From Ranitomeya imitator (Eukaryota), in NCBI RefSeq assembly GCF_032444005.1, contig NC_091287.1, forward strand, positions 317,440,001-317,504,000: 64,000 nt of DNA, written 5' to 3'. A program made the position numbers and the translations under genes. This document shows positions 62,255 through 64,000 of this stretch, piece after piece. Within the stretch, counting starts at the first letter, position 1. Each line of letters opens with the position of its first letter. The notes under the pieces were generated by a model, which saw nothing but the letters and a program-made list of their open reading frames with translations, was not told where the DNA came from and did no database searches.

Positions 62255-64000
62255 GTGAGAAAAGATGACTGCTCATATTTTGTGCTCATTGTGATGAGGA
62301 AATTCATGAAGAATACTCATAAGTCATGCATATTGTTATGTCTAAATACCAAAAAGGGTGGATTATTGTACTATAAATTGGTGTGAAACATCTTTTTTCT
62401 GACAACATATGCCAGAGGGATACATAGCATTGGTCTTATTTTGTGTTGGCAATATGGAAGCAAGTCAAAGTGTTGTGAAAAAATATGATTAACAATTTTT
62501 TTCTAGTTGACACACTTTTTGAAGAAGTTGAACAGTGCCTGGTTTGCAGCTCTGCAACAAATGTCTACAAGCCGCTTAGGCCTCCATTAATTTCAGCTTA
62601 TGTTTTGTACGACAGTTTTAATGAGGGACATGCAGGAGAAAGATACGCCAAATAAGATAACAGGTGCACTCCACTTCATGAATTAATCGCATATGTGCTT
62701 ACTCAGAAATGTTACTCCAGTAGTAACATTTGTAATATATTTTGCCACTTTCAATGAATTTGATGGATGGTCATAGTCAAGCCCCATCTTGGCCAGGCTC
62801 CTCTCCAGGCCCATCAAATTTTACGGCGTTACTTGTAATTGATATGAAAACACCAAAAGTTGCAAGATTCTTGTGCAAAAATATTGCGACTTTTCAAAGT
62901 ATTTTACTTCAGCTTTCTGGCGAAAACACTTTGATGAATCGTCCCCTTAATGTTCCCAGTGGAACACATAGACACTTCTGACCCAAGTGTTGATGCCTTT
63001 TGTAGCTCCATTCAATGTTATTTCTAAATGCCATGAAGTCTATTTTTGTTACTTTATCAGTTTTGCTGTGTGGAGGATTTCTACAATATCCAGAAGAACG
63101 TGTAGAGATAAACATTTCTTCCATGGGAGGGAATCCAGTTTGGTTAGTATAAGAATCTACACAAAACACCTAATTTTGAAAAACTTGGATGTCCGCAAAT
63201 TATGCATTTTGGAAAGTGTGCTCAGGGTGTGAGGTTTTGTGTTTGACTTTGTCATAAATGGGCATTACTAAATACTTGCATGATTTTACCTTTTGTATCA
63301 TCCCCATAACTGTCTGCCACACATCCTCTGATGCTTGTGTCACCAAAGTACAGGGTAGCAATGTACGGAATGTTAATAAGTGAATTACACGGTCAAGCCA
63401 GGTGAACCATTTAGCCGGATAAAATACAACTGTGAATATTTTGTTTCCTGATCACTGCCATGGCCTCGCCACCTAAATGACTACAACTGATTAACAATTT
63501 AATAAAAAAATACAAAGAAATTAAAAAATGAAGATACTAGTGCACAATATAACCTCCCGACTGGGTAGTACACCCTTATATATTATAACAATGTCACCAT
63601 AAATTGTCATCCATGTAGCTAGACATCACATATAAACCGAGGGCTCATATAAATGCGTGTAGTGCCTTAGTGTATAGTTCCCTACGTTTAAAGTGGCTTA
63701 TCTTAGCCTATAACCCTCCTATAGGCGTGTTCCCGAAAGGATACTAAGCTATCAAAACGCAAGGCTATGTGTGATTCCTATAATGCATATAGGTAACTTT
63801 GTTCTAAAAAATGCAAACTGATTCCATATTACACATATATTTATAACAGGGCAAACACCTCAATATACCGCTTGGATGAAGCACTTTCTATAACAAACAG
63901 TTATCTATATGCATTATGGGAATTATATATAGCCTTGTTTTCTGATAGTTACATATTTAGTACCCTTCTGGGAACATGCTTATGGGAGGGCTGTAGGCCA

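Overview
Vertebrate genomic DNA, probably a frog (inferred from the repeat families, not proven). The window covers the middle of a plus-strand HIVEP1 (Schnurri-1/PRDII-BF1/ZNF40) gene. Five coding exons splice in frame: 11303-11356, a giant 5672-nt exon at 46216-51887, 53108-53232 (ending at a GC donor), 57152-57327 and 62153-62254. The start-codon exon and the last exons lie outside the window. The introns are packed with mobile DNA: a decayed two-gene PIF/Harbinger transposon (spliced MADF/BESS gene plus convergent DDE transposase), a Harbinger deletion derivative and many Harbinger MITEs, piggyBac-like and Kolobok/T2-like TTAA elements, Tc2/pogo-like elements, a hAT MITE, a Tc1 transposase remnant, L2 LINE fragments, two solo LTRs and an ORF1-only L1-like retroposon. 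The most interesting observations are several minimal type-I hammerhead-ribozyme-like motifs (one with an intact core at 45874-45917 on the minus strand), the ORF1-only 'half-L1' element with a very long ORF1, and a solo-LTR family with 6-bp target duplications that both read GACRTG. No CRISPR, rRNA or tRNA was found. All calls were made by eye, without database searches.
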